Below are positions 56,049 to 64,000 of a stretch of 64,000 bases of DNA, one piece after another (position 1 is the first letter of the stretch; the number at the start of each line of letters is the position of its first letter). The stretch is taken from assembly GCA_000004985.1 (NCBI GenBank), contig GG738923.1, one strand, 5' to 3'. The position numbers and the translations under genes are program-made. The notes under the pieces are model-generated. The model searched no databases and was not told the origin of the DNA. It saw nothing but the letters and a program-made list of their open reading frames with translations. Source of the DNA: Naegleria gruberi. Lineage: Eukaryota.

Positions 56049-56233
56049 TTTTTTTAGGAATTTTAAATCAGGAGCTTGGTTGTCCGGAGTTTATTTGAAG
56101 ACCTCCGTGGAAAATAAATCAAAGGTTACTAAAAAATTTTAGAAATTTCCTTATATTCCTCAATGATAGAAATTTCTATTAATTGTGAATGAATGTATAG
56201 CCAACTTGTTCAACCTTAAAAGAATTCCATGTT

Positions 56234-56836
56234 TTACAATTCATCGTGTTTTGTTGATTTACATTCACAAGCTTCTTGAATACTTTTTGTATAGGCATCA
56301 CATCCAAAAGCATTCACTCCCCAACTGAACATTGTTGCTGTTGTAGAACATTCATCCTTTTCCTTCTTTTTCTTTGTTTTGCAGTGACCATTTAAACATT
56401 CGGTAAATTCCGAATCACATTGCTCCTTACTCTTAGAACAATCAGTGTAACAAATATCATGTTCATTACAACAATTAGTAAATCCAATCTTGTCTGAAAT
56501 GTGGTTAAATTCACCCGAAGGTCCACATCCATTAAAAATAGCCTTATAACCTGCTTTTTTAATTAATGATTGTCCCTTTGGACAAGTCATTCCACAGACT
56601 TCATTCTCTCCACCTCCGAATAAATCCTCCAAATTAATTTGTTGCATATTTGAATTTTTAGCTGAGACATTCTCAATGACAAAATACGACACAATCACGA
56701 TGATGATGGTAATCATCAGAACAACAAGGAAGCTTTTGCCTACCACATGTTGATTCATTTTTTTTAATTCCGGAATAAAAAACGTGTTTTTTGTACTGCC
56801 TTTTCGATATCTTTCAAATTTCACAAAGATTTTCAT
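56234..56836 (-). CDS. PLA2G12: Group XII-type secreted phospholipase A2 homologue ending in the ER-retention-like motif HDEL. The signal peptide probably starts at the internal Met (56756..56758).
   Basis: CGMTCPKGQSL...NGCGPSG...TNCCNEHDICYTDCSKSKEQCDSEFTECLNGHC matches human PLA2G12A (CPKGFKP...NGCGSPLFG...KCCNQHDRCYETCGKSKNDCDEEFQYCLSKIC). This includes the catalytic CCxxHDxCY and the Ca-loop GCG. The C-terminus is ...KSTKHDEL. The first ATG is 56836; the hydrophobic MNQHVVGKSFLVVLMITIIIVIVSYFVIENVSA begins 26 codons later. Confidence 0.75.
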   Translation of the reverse strand: MKIFVKFERYRKGSTKNTFFIPELKKMNQHVVGKSFLVVLMITIIIVIVSYFVIENVSAKNSNMQQINLEDLFGGGENEVCGMTCPKGQSLIKKAGYKAIFNGCGPSGEFNHISDKIGFTNCCNEHDICYTDCSKSKEQCDSEFTECLNGHCKTKKKKEKDECSTTATMFSWGVNAFGCDAYTKSIQEACECKSTKHDEL

Positions 56837-56970
56837 TTTCTAAGGTCTTGATAATCAAGGGAGTAATTATTAAAAATCATGCTATCGAGCAAGTCTCAAG
56901 TACGCACGCAGATTGTAATCTCTTTAAATTTGTTACTCGTCATGACTTGAATGTGCCCACAATCAAAAAA

Positions 56971-58041
56971 ATGTCCACAACCACACAAGCACTCATTTTC
57001 ACTAATTATCCTGAAGGAATGATCAAGGAGACAGATTTTGAATATACCGATCAAGTTCCGTTCAATTTTGATCAATCACTTGATCAAGATCAAATTATGG
57101 TCCAATTATTGCACATTTCTGTTGATCCATATTTGAGAGGAAGAATGAGAAAGAATGCAATGGCAAAACATTATGCTGCAACCTTTCAAACTGGTAAGCC
57201 TATCAGTAGTGGATGTGTTGCCAAGGTTTTAAAATCCAATCATTCAGTTTTTAAAGAAGGAGATGTTCTTGTTGGTCATTTCGAATGGCAATTACATCAA
57301 ATTGTAAAGATTGACCAAGATCAAGTGAAAAATTATCAAAAAGTTGACCCAAATATTGGTAAAATTCCACTTTCATATTATTTGGGAGCTCTTGGTATGC
57401 CTGGAATGACATCTTACTTTGGATTCTTGGATATTTGTCAACCAAAAGAAGGAGATGTTGTGGTTGTTTCTGCTGCATCAGGAGCTGTTGGAAGTTTGGT
57501 AGGTCAAATTGCCAAAATTCATGGATGTAAAGTTATTGGTATTACTGGACAACCTGCAGAAAATCAACAAGAATTGAAAGATTTAGGATTTGATGTCATT
57601 CTCAATTACAAAGATTACAACAATGATCCAATAGCTCTCAAAGATGCAATTGAAAAAGCAGCAGAACCAAAAACTGGAATTGATTGTTATTTTGATAATG
57701 TTGGAGGTTTCGTTTTGGATGCAGCAACTCTTGCCATGAATAGATATGGCAGAATCTCATGTTGTGGATCAATTAGTGATTATAATATTGAAGATAGAAT
57801 GAGTAATCTTGGACCAAGATTGAACTATCTCTACATTACCAGAGAATTATCTGTTAAGGGATTTATCGTCTCTTCCTTTTACAATCGATTGGATGAAGGT
57901 GTCAAGAAAATGACTCAATGGGTTAATGAGGGAAAACTCAAGGTTTTGGAATCAAAAGTACAAGGTTTGGAAAATGTACCAAAGGCCCTCATTAAACTCT
58001 TTACTGGTGATAAGTTTGGAAAGATGATTATCGATTTGTAA
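56971..58041 (+). CDS. PTGR1: Prostaglandin reductase 1 / leukotriene B4 12-hydroxydehydrogenase-like NADP-dependent medium-chain oxidoreductase (356 aa from MSTTTQ; single exon).
   Basis: GALGMPGMTSYFGFLDICQPKEGDVVVVSAASGAVGSLVGQIAKIHGCKVIG...GFDVILNYK...DCYFDNVGG...RYGRISCCGSISDYN... aligns with PTGR1 ([52 protein letters not shown]...GFDVVFNYK...DCYFDNVGG...KFGRIAICGAISTYN). The track ORF begins upstream at 56791 in the same frame, overlapping the PLA2 5' end. ATG 56971 is the likely start. Confidence 0.8.
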   Translation: MSTTTQALIFTNYPEGMIKETDFEYTDQVPFNFDQSLDQDQIMVQLLHISVDPYLRGRMRKNAMAKHYAATFQTGKPISSGCVAKVLKSNHSVFKEGDVLVGHFEWQLHQIVKIDQDQVKNYQKVDPNIGKIPLSYYLGALGMPGMTSYFGFLDICQPKEGDVVVVSAASGAVGSLVGQIAKIHGCKVIGITGQPAENQQELKDLGFDVILNYKDYNNDPIALKDAIEKAAEPKTGIDCYFDNVGGFVLDAATLAMNRYGRISCCGSISDYNIEDRMSNLGPRLNYLYITRELSVKGFIVSSFYNRLDEGVKKMTQWVNEGKLKVLESKVQGLENVPKALIKLFTGDKFGKMIIDL

Positions 58042-58089
58042 ATTAAAAAATTGGTTTAAAATTTAATTGTTTTTTAAAAAGTAAAAAAA

Positions 58090-59605
58090 ATGTCTGCAAA
58101 CATCCTTAAATTACCCGAGATTGTGGCTTCCATCTTTTCATTTTGTATTAGACCAGCTGTTTTATTTCGATACAATCTGGTCTGCAGTGCTTGGAATCAA
58201 GTGGTTGAAGAGGGCGATTTCTTCAAGGAACATTCAAAGGAATGGAAGCCATTGATTACCAGAATTGATAAGGCTTTTATGTGGACTGAATATTATACCT
58301 TGTATGATCCGATTGTTTATGATCATTATTTGGAATTTAAAAGACGATTAAGAATATTATCGAGTGATGATGAACAACACTGTTCAGTTAGAGCTTGCTT
58401 CCGACCATGAAAGGTTCACTTTCCGATTAATGTCACTATCTAAGGATAATTTTGTGATTGAAACTGAATGTGATGATGATAAGAATATTGTTAGTAATGG
58501 AAGAACATTAACAATTCATGCCATTAGATCATCTTATTATGATCACATGGTGGAGACTGATATTGAGGAAGTGAAAGAGATAAATCTTCAGAGTTTGACT
58601 TCATTTAAGGATTCACACTTTCCAAATGTCCCTATTGATGGGTTTTATTCAATTTTGATGAGTTTGGTTAATGGGGAATACAGTTCTAATGTTAATGATT
58701 ATTTGATAGATTATGGAATTGATGGGTTTTTTAGAAATATAGAAAAATCAAAGGAGAAGGTAATGAAATTATACAAGGACCATCATTTTGACGATTCTTT
58801 ACTGCTTCGAACTTTGAAATGTAAAAATATTGAACTCACTGAAAATCTTATGAAAAAAGGCCACATACTAACTTTGGAACAAATGCAAAACATTACAAAA
58901 AATATCAAGAATGTTGATTCATTTACTGTCTTATTCACATGCAAATATTTGAAATTCAACAATATTGATTTTAATAGATTTCTCCCAGATGTTGAATCGA
59001 TTCTAGATAGCACTCCCGAGGTTTGTGAAATATTCATAGAAGAAAAGATTGTCGAATGCCCAGATGTCTTGATTGATATTGTTAATGAAACCACTCATGT
59101 AAACTATCCTGCTCTCCAATATTTGAAGCAAGTCAAACCAAGTCTGATTTGTCCACTAGATACTCGTTCAATTAAGAAGAAAGGTCAACCAAAGATACTA
59201 ATTCTCTTTGAGAATCCAGCACACGAAAAAGAACAAAAATACCTCTACTCATCCATGACACGAATAACTTGTAAAATATTCCCTCAAAGTTTGGATAGAG
59301 AGAAGGTACTAAATAATCTTACTGAGAAATGTAGCAATATGGATGTAATTCTATTTAGGCCAAAAACTTTCTCTGAGGATAAATTGAAAGAAACCTTGGA
59401 ACTAATTCAAAAGGCCACCATCAATACCAAACCAATTATTGGAATAGTTTGTTTCTATTCAAATCTATCAGAAAACAAACAAGCACTCAGGGAAGTGTTT
59501 AGAGCGGTGAGAGATGTCTATTTGATAATAGAAATCTATCCATGTCCACCTTTTTCTCAATTTACAGAAATATTTTACTGTAATCAAAATCTATGCAACA
59601 TGTAA
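58090..59605 (+). CDS. F-box protein with a +1 frame disruption between ORFs 58090..58410 and 58364..59605; either an assembly indel or a pseudogene.
   Basis: The N-terminus MSANILKLPEIVASIFSFCIRPAVLFRYNLVCSAWNQVV is an F-box motif. The downstream 413-aa frame is coding-like but opens only at 58352, and there is no intron-sized GT-AG between the two frames. Confidence 0.45.
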
Positions 59606-59857
59606 ATACAATTTTCCAGGTTATTGTTTGAAATCCGAATAATGATGAGATAGTTTCATTTAGCAATAATCCCCCAATCCATCACTCCTATTTTTTCATC
59701 ATGAAAATTACTCATTCTCTTCATCGGAATGAAAAATCAGATATGAACCTTGTGTTGTTGTGTTACTTGGAGAAGTAACTATGCACTTTGAACATAGCTC
59801 ATTCATTATTGTAACAATTCATCTCTCTTATTGCTTTTGTTTTCAATTACAAATCAA

Positions 59858-60211
59858 CTAAATATGAACCGTTGGACAATGAGAAATTTGTAAGCTACAA
59901 GATACCAGTATGTAAAGTGGAGCATCAAGTTTGCCTATTATTTCTTTTGAGGTTGCTTTGGGTACGGTTTTCCTGTTTCGCTCTAAATAGTAACCTTGAT
60001 TAAATTGATAAACCTCTTCCTCGTTCAGATTATGTTCACTTTGTTTGGAAAGGTTTTTTGATAACTTGTCACCATGAATTGATTCCATACCGAAGAGCCA
60101 ATTCTTGAAGATATTTACAAATTGTAAAGTTATTGAATAGTAGACCGGAAAGTTTGGTTTAGAGAAATATTGAGGCAAACAAATGAATTGAGCACATGAA
60201 ATTTTGACCAT
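59858..60211 (-). CDS. Hypothetical 117-aa ORF between the F-box and G-beta genes (weak).
   Basis: An ATG-to-stop ORF with moderately coding-like composition; no homology or splice signals recognised. Confidence 0.15.
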   Translation of the reverse strand: MVKISCAQFICLPQYFSKPNFPVYYSITLQFVNIFKNWLFGMESIHGDKLSKNLSKQSEHNLNEEEVYQFNQGYYLERNRKTVPKATSKEIIGKLDAPLYILVSCSLQISHCPTVHI

Positions 60212-60783
60212 CCATGTAAAAGGGAACTTTTAATTTATTTATCACATTTTTCTCCGAATTGTCTTTCGTTCACAACTTATTCGAAACGAAACTATTTGCC
60301 CAGAAACAAACTGCAACTAATCAACATGAACCTAATATCTTTATCAGTGATTGTTAAAAAGATTTGTTCTTTGTTCATTATCAACCCTTTCATGATGCAA
60401 TTCATTATTGATATCAGGTTCCATCAACACAGATATTCTTCACTCAATTAACCATCAATGGATGACGTTCAGAATTTGGTTAGTGTTGTGTATGACAACT
60501 GTTTCATCACCCAACTTCTTTTTGACGCTGGTTGATGGTGGACTTTTGACAGCCAATTTTTTGATGGCACGTTCCCAAACGAGATGCGCGTCAACCTCAT
60601 GAAAAACATTTTAAAAAAAATTGCTTCAACTTGTGTGTGTTTGTAGAGCGCGCCGTTTTAACGACATTTCAACTTCTCTCGAACCGCAAAACAAACTTTT
60701 TACTTTACGAGCGCAACGTTCATTGATCAAAACAACAAGAATAACAACAACTAAATAGAATAGAACAATATATATAGAATACA

Positions 60784-62020
60784 ATGGCTTCTATTCAAGA
60801 ACAAATTAACAAGGCTCGTCAAGAAGCCCAATCTTTGCAAGATCAAATCAAGAAGAGTATGGAAGGTGGTAATGATGCTAAACGTAAGTATATACTTTGT
60901 ATTCGAAATGGTCAATTAACCAATCTATAACCAATATTATTTTGTTGTTGTTTTACAATGTTTTTTCACCGTTATCTAAACAAATAATTTTTACACTTGT
61001 AACAACAATAATAACCAACTAATAATAACAATTTAAATTTGATCAAAACTAGTCAACAAACTTGATGTTCCAGCTGTTGGCCCATATAAATTCAAAGTTA
61101 GAAATACTCTTCGTGGACATTTGGGTAAAGTTTACAGCTGTGCTTGGAGTCCAGTTCCAGATAGCAAATTGTTGGTTTCTGCCTCTCAAGATGGTAAACT
61201 TATTATATGGAACGCATTGACAACATTCAAACAACATGCTATTACTCTCCGTACTAACTGGGTTATGACTTGTTCATACTCAAATTCTGGTCAATATGTT
61301 GCTTCTGGTGGTTTGGACAATATTGTTTCCATCTTTAACATTAACCAATTGACTGATGCTTCTGATAGTACTCAACCAACAACACCTCACCGTGAATTGA
61401 GTCAACACACTGGTTATATCAGTGCTTGTAAATTCATTTCAAATGATAAGCAAATCTTGTCAAGTTCTGGTGATATGACTTGTATTTGTTGGGATATTGA
61501 AATGGGTCGTCCAATCAAGACTTTCCAATCACACACTGGTGACTGTATGTCTGTCTCTGTTTCTCCTGATGAATCTCAATTCGTTTCTGGTGGTTGTGAT
61601 GCCTATGCCAAGTTGTGGGATATTAGATCGGGGAAGTGTGTTGCTACCTTTGGTGGTCACGACTCTGATGTCAACTGTGTTCAATTCTTCCCTAATGGTT
61701 TGTCATTTGCCACTGCTTCTGATGATAACACTTGTAGACTCTTTGATATTCGTGCCAGCAGAGAATTGATGGATTATAAGGATGATTCCATCAGAGAAGG
61801 TGCTACTTCCATTTCATTCAGTAAGTCTGGACGTTTGATGTATGCTGCCTACGATGAAAAATCTGTTGTTGTGTGGGATACTTTGAAGGGAAAGATTGTT
61901 CAAAATTTGACAAGCGAACAAAATGGTCCAGAAGGAAGAGTTGCCTGTCTCGCTGTTAGTCCTGATGGTAATGCTTTAGCTACTGCCTCTTGGGACTTTA
62001 ACTTGCAAGTTTGGGCTTAA
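60784..62020 (+). CDS. GNB: Heterotrimeric G-protein beta subunit (seven WD40 repeats). Two exons, 60784..60883 and 61053..62020; 169-nt intron GTAAGT...AAACTAG.
   Basis: Exon 1 encodes MASIQEQINKARQEAQSLQDQIKKSMEGGNDAK (the N-terminal coiled coil, cf. GNB1 [24 protein letters not shown]). Exon 2 encodes LNKLDVPAVGPYKFKVRNTLRGHLGKVYSCAWSPVPDSKLLVSASQDGKLIIWNALT...WDIEMGRPIKTFQSHTGDCMSVS...CRLFDIRASRELM...ASWDFNLQVWA, which is near-identical in pattern to GNB1. Confidence 0.9.
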
Positions 62021-62255
62021 ATTATTGTAGTTTTTACACAATAATTCTCTCTTATTCTCTCATTCTCCTCCTGCCACCCAATGTTTGTTCGCACAACCAC
62101 AAACATCATCACCATCAACTCATTCACATCATCATCATGTACACTTTCTAAGTTTGTAAACTTACACACACAATAAATCTAAAATTATTTAAAAAACCTT
62201 CCTTACAACAATAGTACTACAACAACTAATTTTCAATTGTTTGCTTTACTAAATC

Positions 62256-64000
62256 TCAGTAAATTGGAATAACTGGAATGTAATTAGTATTGGCATTACT
62301 AATAAATGATGTTATATCACCACCAAATCCGTTATCAGCATGATATTTCATTCTCAATTGAAATGCTCTTGCATTCAAGTTGGAATTGAGTGGTTGAGCT
62401 GGGAGGGAAATTAACGTACCAGCCACCGAAAGAGTTTTTGAACTTCCTGTTGCATCATACGAAAAGTAATCAAGTGAATAGGTAATAGTGAACGGACTCA
62501 AAAACTGTGGAAGTGCAAACTCTGCAACTTGTTGAAAATAATCTTTGGAAGTTATTTGTATTGAAATATTGGTTCCAACATTCAGATTAAAGTAAATGTA
62601 ATAATTATTGTGGTATCTAGTACTGACTGAGAATGGAACCTTGAAATAAATCCAACCATTGGTTTGATTTTGCATTTCAATGGTTTGGAAAGATATGGTT
62701 GGAGGTATAAAGTTCTCATTCACAAAGTACATATCCAATTCCATTGGCACACCATCTTCTGTCAATGATCTGACAGTTTTCAAGATTTTAATGGATGAAG
62801 GAATGCTTCCAGGAATCACTTTTAAAACTCTATTGTTATTCGAATTGTCCAATTGTAAATAATTAGAATAAGAACCAATTGCCTGATTATTATTCAAATA
62901 ATCGAATGCAGTTAAAGCTCCAGCTCCAGAAACTGCCAACCAATTTGGTGGCTTTAGCATGTAGAGAGAATAGGATGTGGCAGCTGCAAATGCAAACCAA
63001 TGACCTACACCACTTGAATAACCCCAACTTATTCCAGACGAGTCGGTCCATCCAGAGTAAGCAATTCCATTAAAAGCTCCCATATAATTAGATGCAGTAT
63101 AGACATATTTTCCCACACTTACAAATGCATGAACTCTTACTGAACGACTTCTTCTCAGATAGATATTCGCTGGAATGCTAATTACTGTGCTATTTGCAGC
63201 AGCAGACATTATGGAATCCATATCTGAATCACACTTTGTGTCTGGAACTATAGTATCTGTGCATTTCCATGAAATACTACTCAATGGATCTGCGAAGGAA
63301 GATTGAGGAAAATTGAGAGTAAGTTTGTATGGGAAATCAGGAGAACTGGATGTGAAAGTGGTAACAGTGGTTGCTGTGAAGGATATTTTGGTCAGGACAG
63401 GAATGAAAATCAATCGATGACTTCTCGAAATCAGCAGTTGGTTGGTTGTCATGTTGTAAACTCTCAAATTGATTGTGTAATTTCCATAACCTGATACGGT
63501 ACTCTTGACAATTGCCAGTTCGTAATTAGTATTTTCAGTACAATTGTAATCAAATATTGTGGTTGTTGGTTTGACATTTGCAGAATTCAAAACTTCCCAA
63601 GCAACTTTCACAGTTGGATGGTTGACTTCAATACCATTAATGGTAATTTGTTTCTTGATAATGAATGACTGAGTTAGCGTTGTTACTAAATCAGTGGTAT
63701 AGTAGAATGGGTTTGTGTTCAATAAAATCTTTGCTGAAATTATAGGAACTGAGTTTTGACTTGAGCTACTTGTTGAACTATCTAATAATTTTGTTATATT
63801 CAAAAATGCTGATTCGCTCCAAACATTGAATCTGTTTTTCAGTTTCAACTGAATCACATGACTACCGACTGGTAAATTAGTCAATTTAATGGATTTTGCA
63901 TTCGTTCCACTCTTTGCATGAATAGATTGATTCAGATTTGAAATTTCTTGAATGGAATTCAATGAGCTAGTAAATAAATACCATTCGAAATATAAATTCT
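62256..64000 (-). CDS. Large S/T/N-rich protein, probably extracellular or cell-surface; 5'-partial because the frame runs off the window end. Function unknown.
   Basis: The minus-strand frame from the stop at 62256 stays open through 63962 (the track start is TTG) to position 64000 with no stop. It is rich in Asn/Ser/Thr/Tyr with many N-x-S/T sequons; no domain recognised. Confidence 0.5.
   Translation of the reverse strand, partial: NLYFEWYLFTSSLNSIQEISNLNQSIHAKSGTNAKSIKLTNLPVGSHVIQLKLKNRFNVWSESAFLNITKLLDSSTSSSSQNSVPIISAKILLNTNPFYYTTDLVTTLTQSFIIKKQITINGIEVNHPTVKVAWEVLNSANVKPTTTIFDYNCTENTNYELAIVKSTVSGYGNYTINLRVYNMTTNQLLISRSHRLIFIPVLTKISFTATTVTTFTSSSPDFPYKLTLNFPQSSFADPLSSISWKCTDTIVPDTKCDSDMDSIMSAAANSTVISIPANIYLRRSRSVRVHAFVSVGKYVYTASNYMGAFNGIAYSGWTDSSGISWGYSSGVGHWFAFAAATSYSLYMLKPPNWLAVSGAGALTAFDYLNNNQAIGSYSNYLQLDNSNNNRVLKVIPGSIPSSIKILKTVRSLTEDGVPMELDMYFVNENFIPPTISFQTIEMQNQTNGWIYFKVPFSVSTRYHNNYYIYFNLNVGTNISIQITSKDYFQQVAEFALPQFLSPFTITYSLDYFSYDATGSSKTLSVAGTLISLPAQPLNSNLNARAFQLRMKYHADNGFGGDITSFISNANTNYIPVIPIY

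Noticed and set aside
1-64000. Prokaryotic-style systems (CRISPR arrays, restriction-modification or toxin-antitoxin operons, defence islands) and rRNA/tRNA genes
   Set aside because: The window is eukaryotic, with spliceosomal introns, TATA-type promoters, poly-Q/N proteins, and monocistronic genes on alternating strands. No direct-repeat/spacer arrays, Shine-Dalgarno-linked operons or rRNA-like conserved blocks were seen. The only repeats are the inverted and direct copies around 8.2-14 kb. I could not run a tRNA scan, and none was obvious by eye.
1-64000. Track start codons taken at face value
   Set aside because: The ORF track evidently accepts TTG/GTG as initiators (e.g. 9772, 13836..14495, 18758, 22096, 29944, 32496, 44600, 47346, 50555). 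For a eukaryotic nuclear genome I moved starts to the first in-frame ATG or joined the segment to an upstream exon.

Overview
This window is AT-rich eukaryotic nuclear DNA using the standard genetic code. It is not prokaryotic: there are no operons, CRISPR arrays or rRNA genes. It is densely packed with about 35 protein-coding genes on both strands, many interrupted by short GT-AG introns. Most introns are 41-62 nt and a few are 72-202 nt, and their donors are usually GTAAGT or GTATGT. I reconstructed the exon structures by hand from the frames. The provided ORF track evidently accepts TTG and GTG as start codons, so several track starts were moved to the first real ATG.

Families I recognise:
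- tyrosine aminotransferase
- an OSCA/TMEM63/CSC1-like channel
- a p62/SQSTM1-like PB1-ZZ-UBA protein
- a ZMYND10-like dynein-arm assembly factor with no MYND finger
- ribosomal protein eS30
- CK2 alpha
- a CAMK-like kinase
- a sigma-class GST
- a receptor-type class III cyclase-like protein
- a SNF2 helicase
- HOP2/PSMC3IP
- Rab geranylgeranyltransferase beta
- dephospho-CoA kinase
- a protein with two RGS domains
- a cathepsin B homologue with a mutated active site
- a group XII secreted PLA2
- a PTGR1-like reductase
- G-protein beta

The gene content points to a motile-cilium-bearing, sexually reproducing eukaryote, probably an AT-rich invertebrate or protist, but I cannot name the organism.

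The most unusual locus is 8.2-14.0 kb. An orphan 1077-aa septin/AIG1/IRG-like P-loop GTPase is bracketed by an inverted repeat of about 280 bp. The repeat is derived from the 3' end and 3' flank of the neighbouring channel gene. There are also degenerate direct copies, a duplicated pseudo-exon and a possibly chimeric small gene.

Other notable items are a receptor cyclase-like protein with a degenerate metal-binding motif, an inactive cathepsin B paralogue, and a divergent PLA2/PTGR1 gene pair. Five genes show single frame disruptions that need read-level checking.

I found no tRNA, rRNA or snRNA genes.
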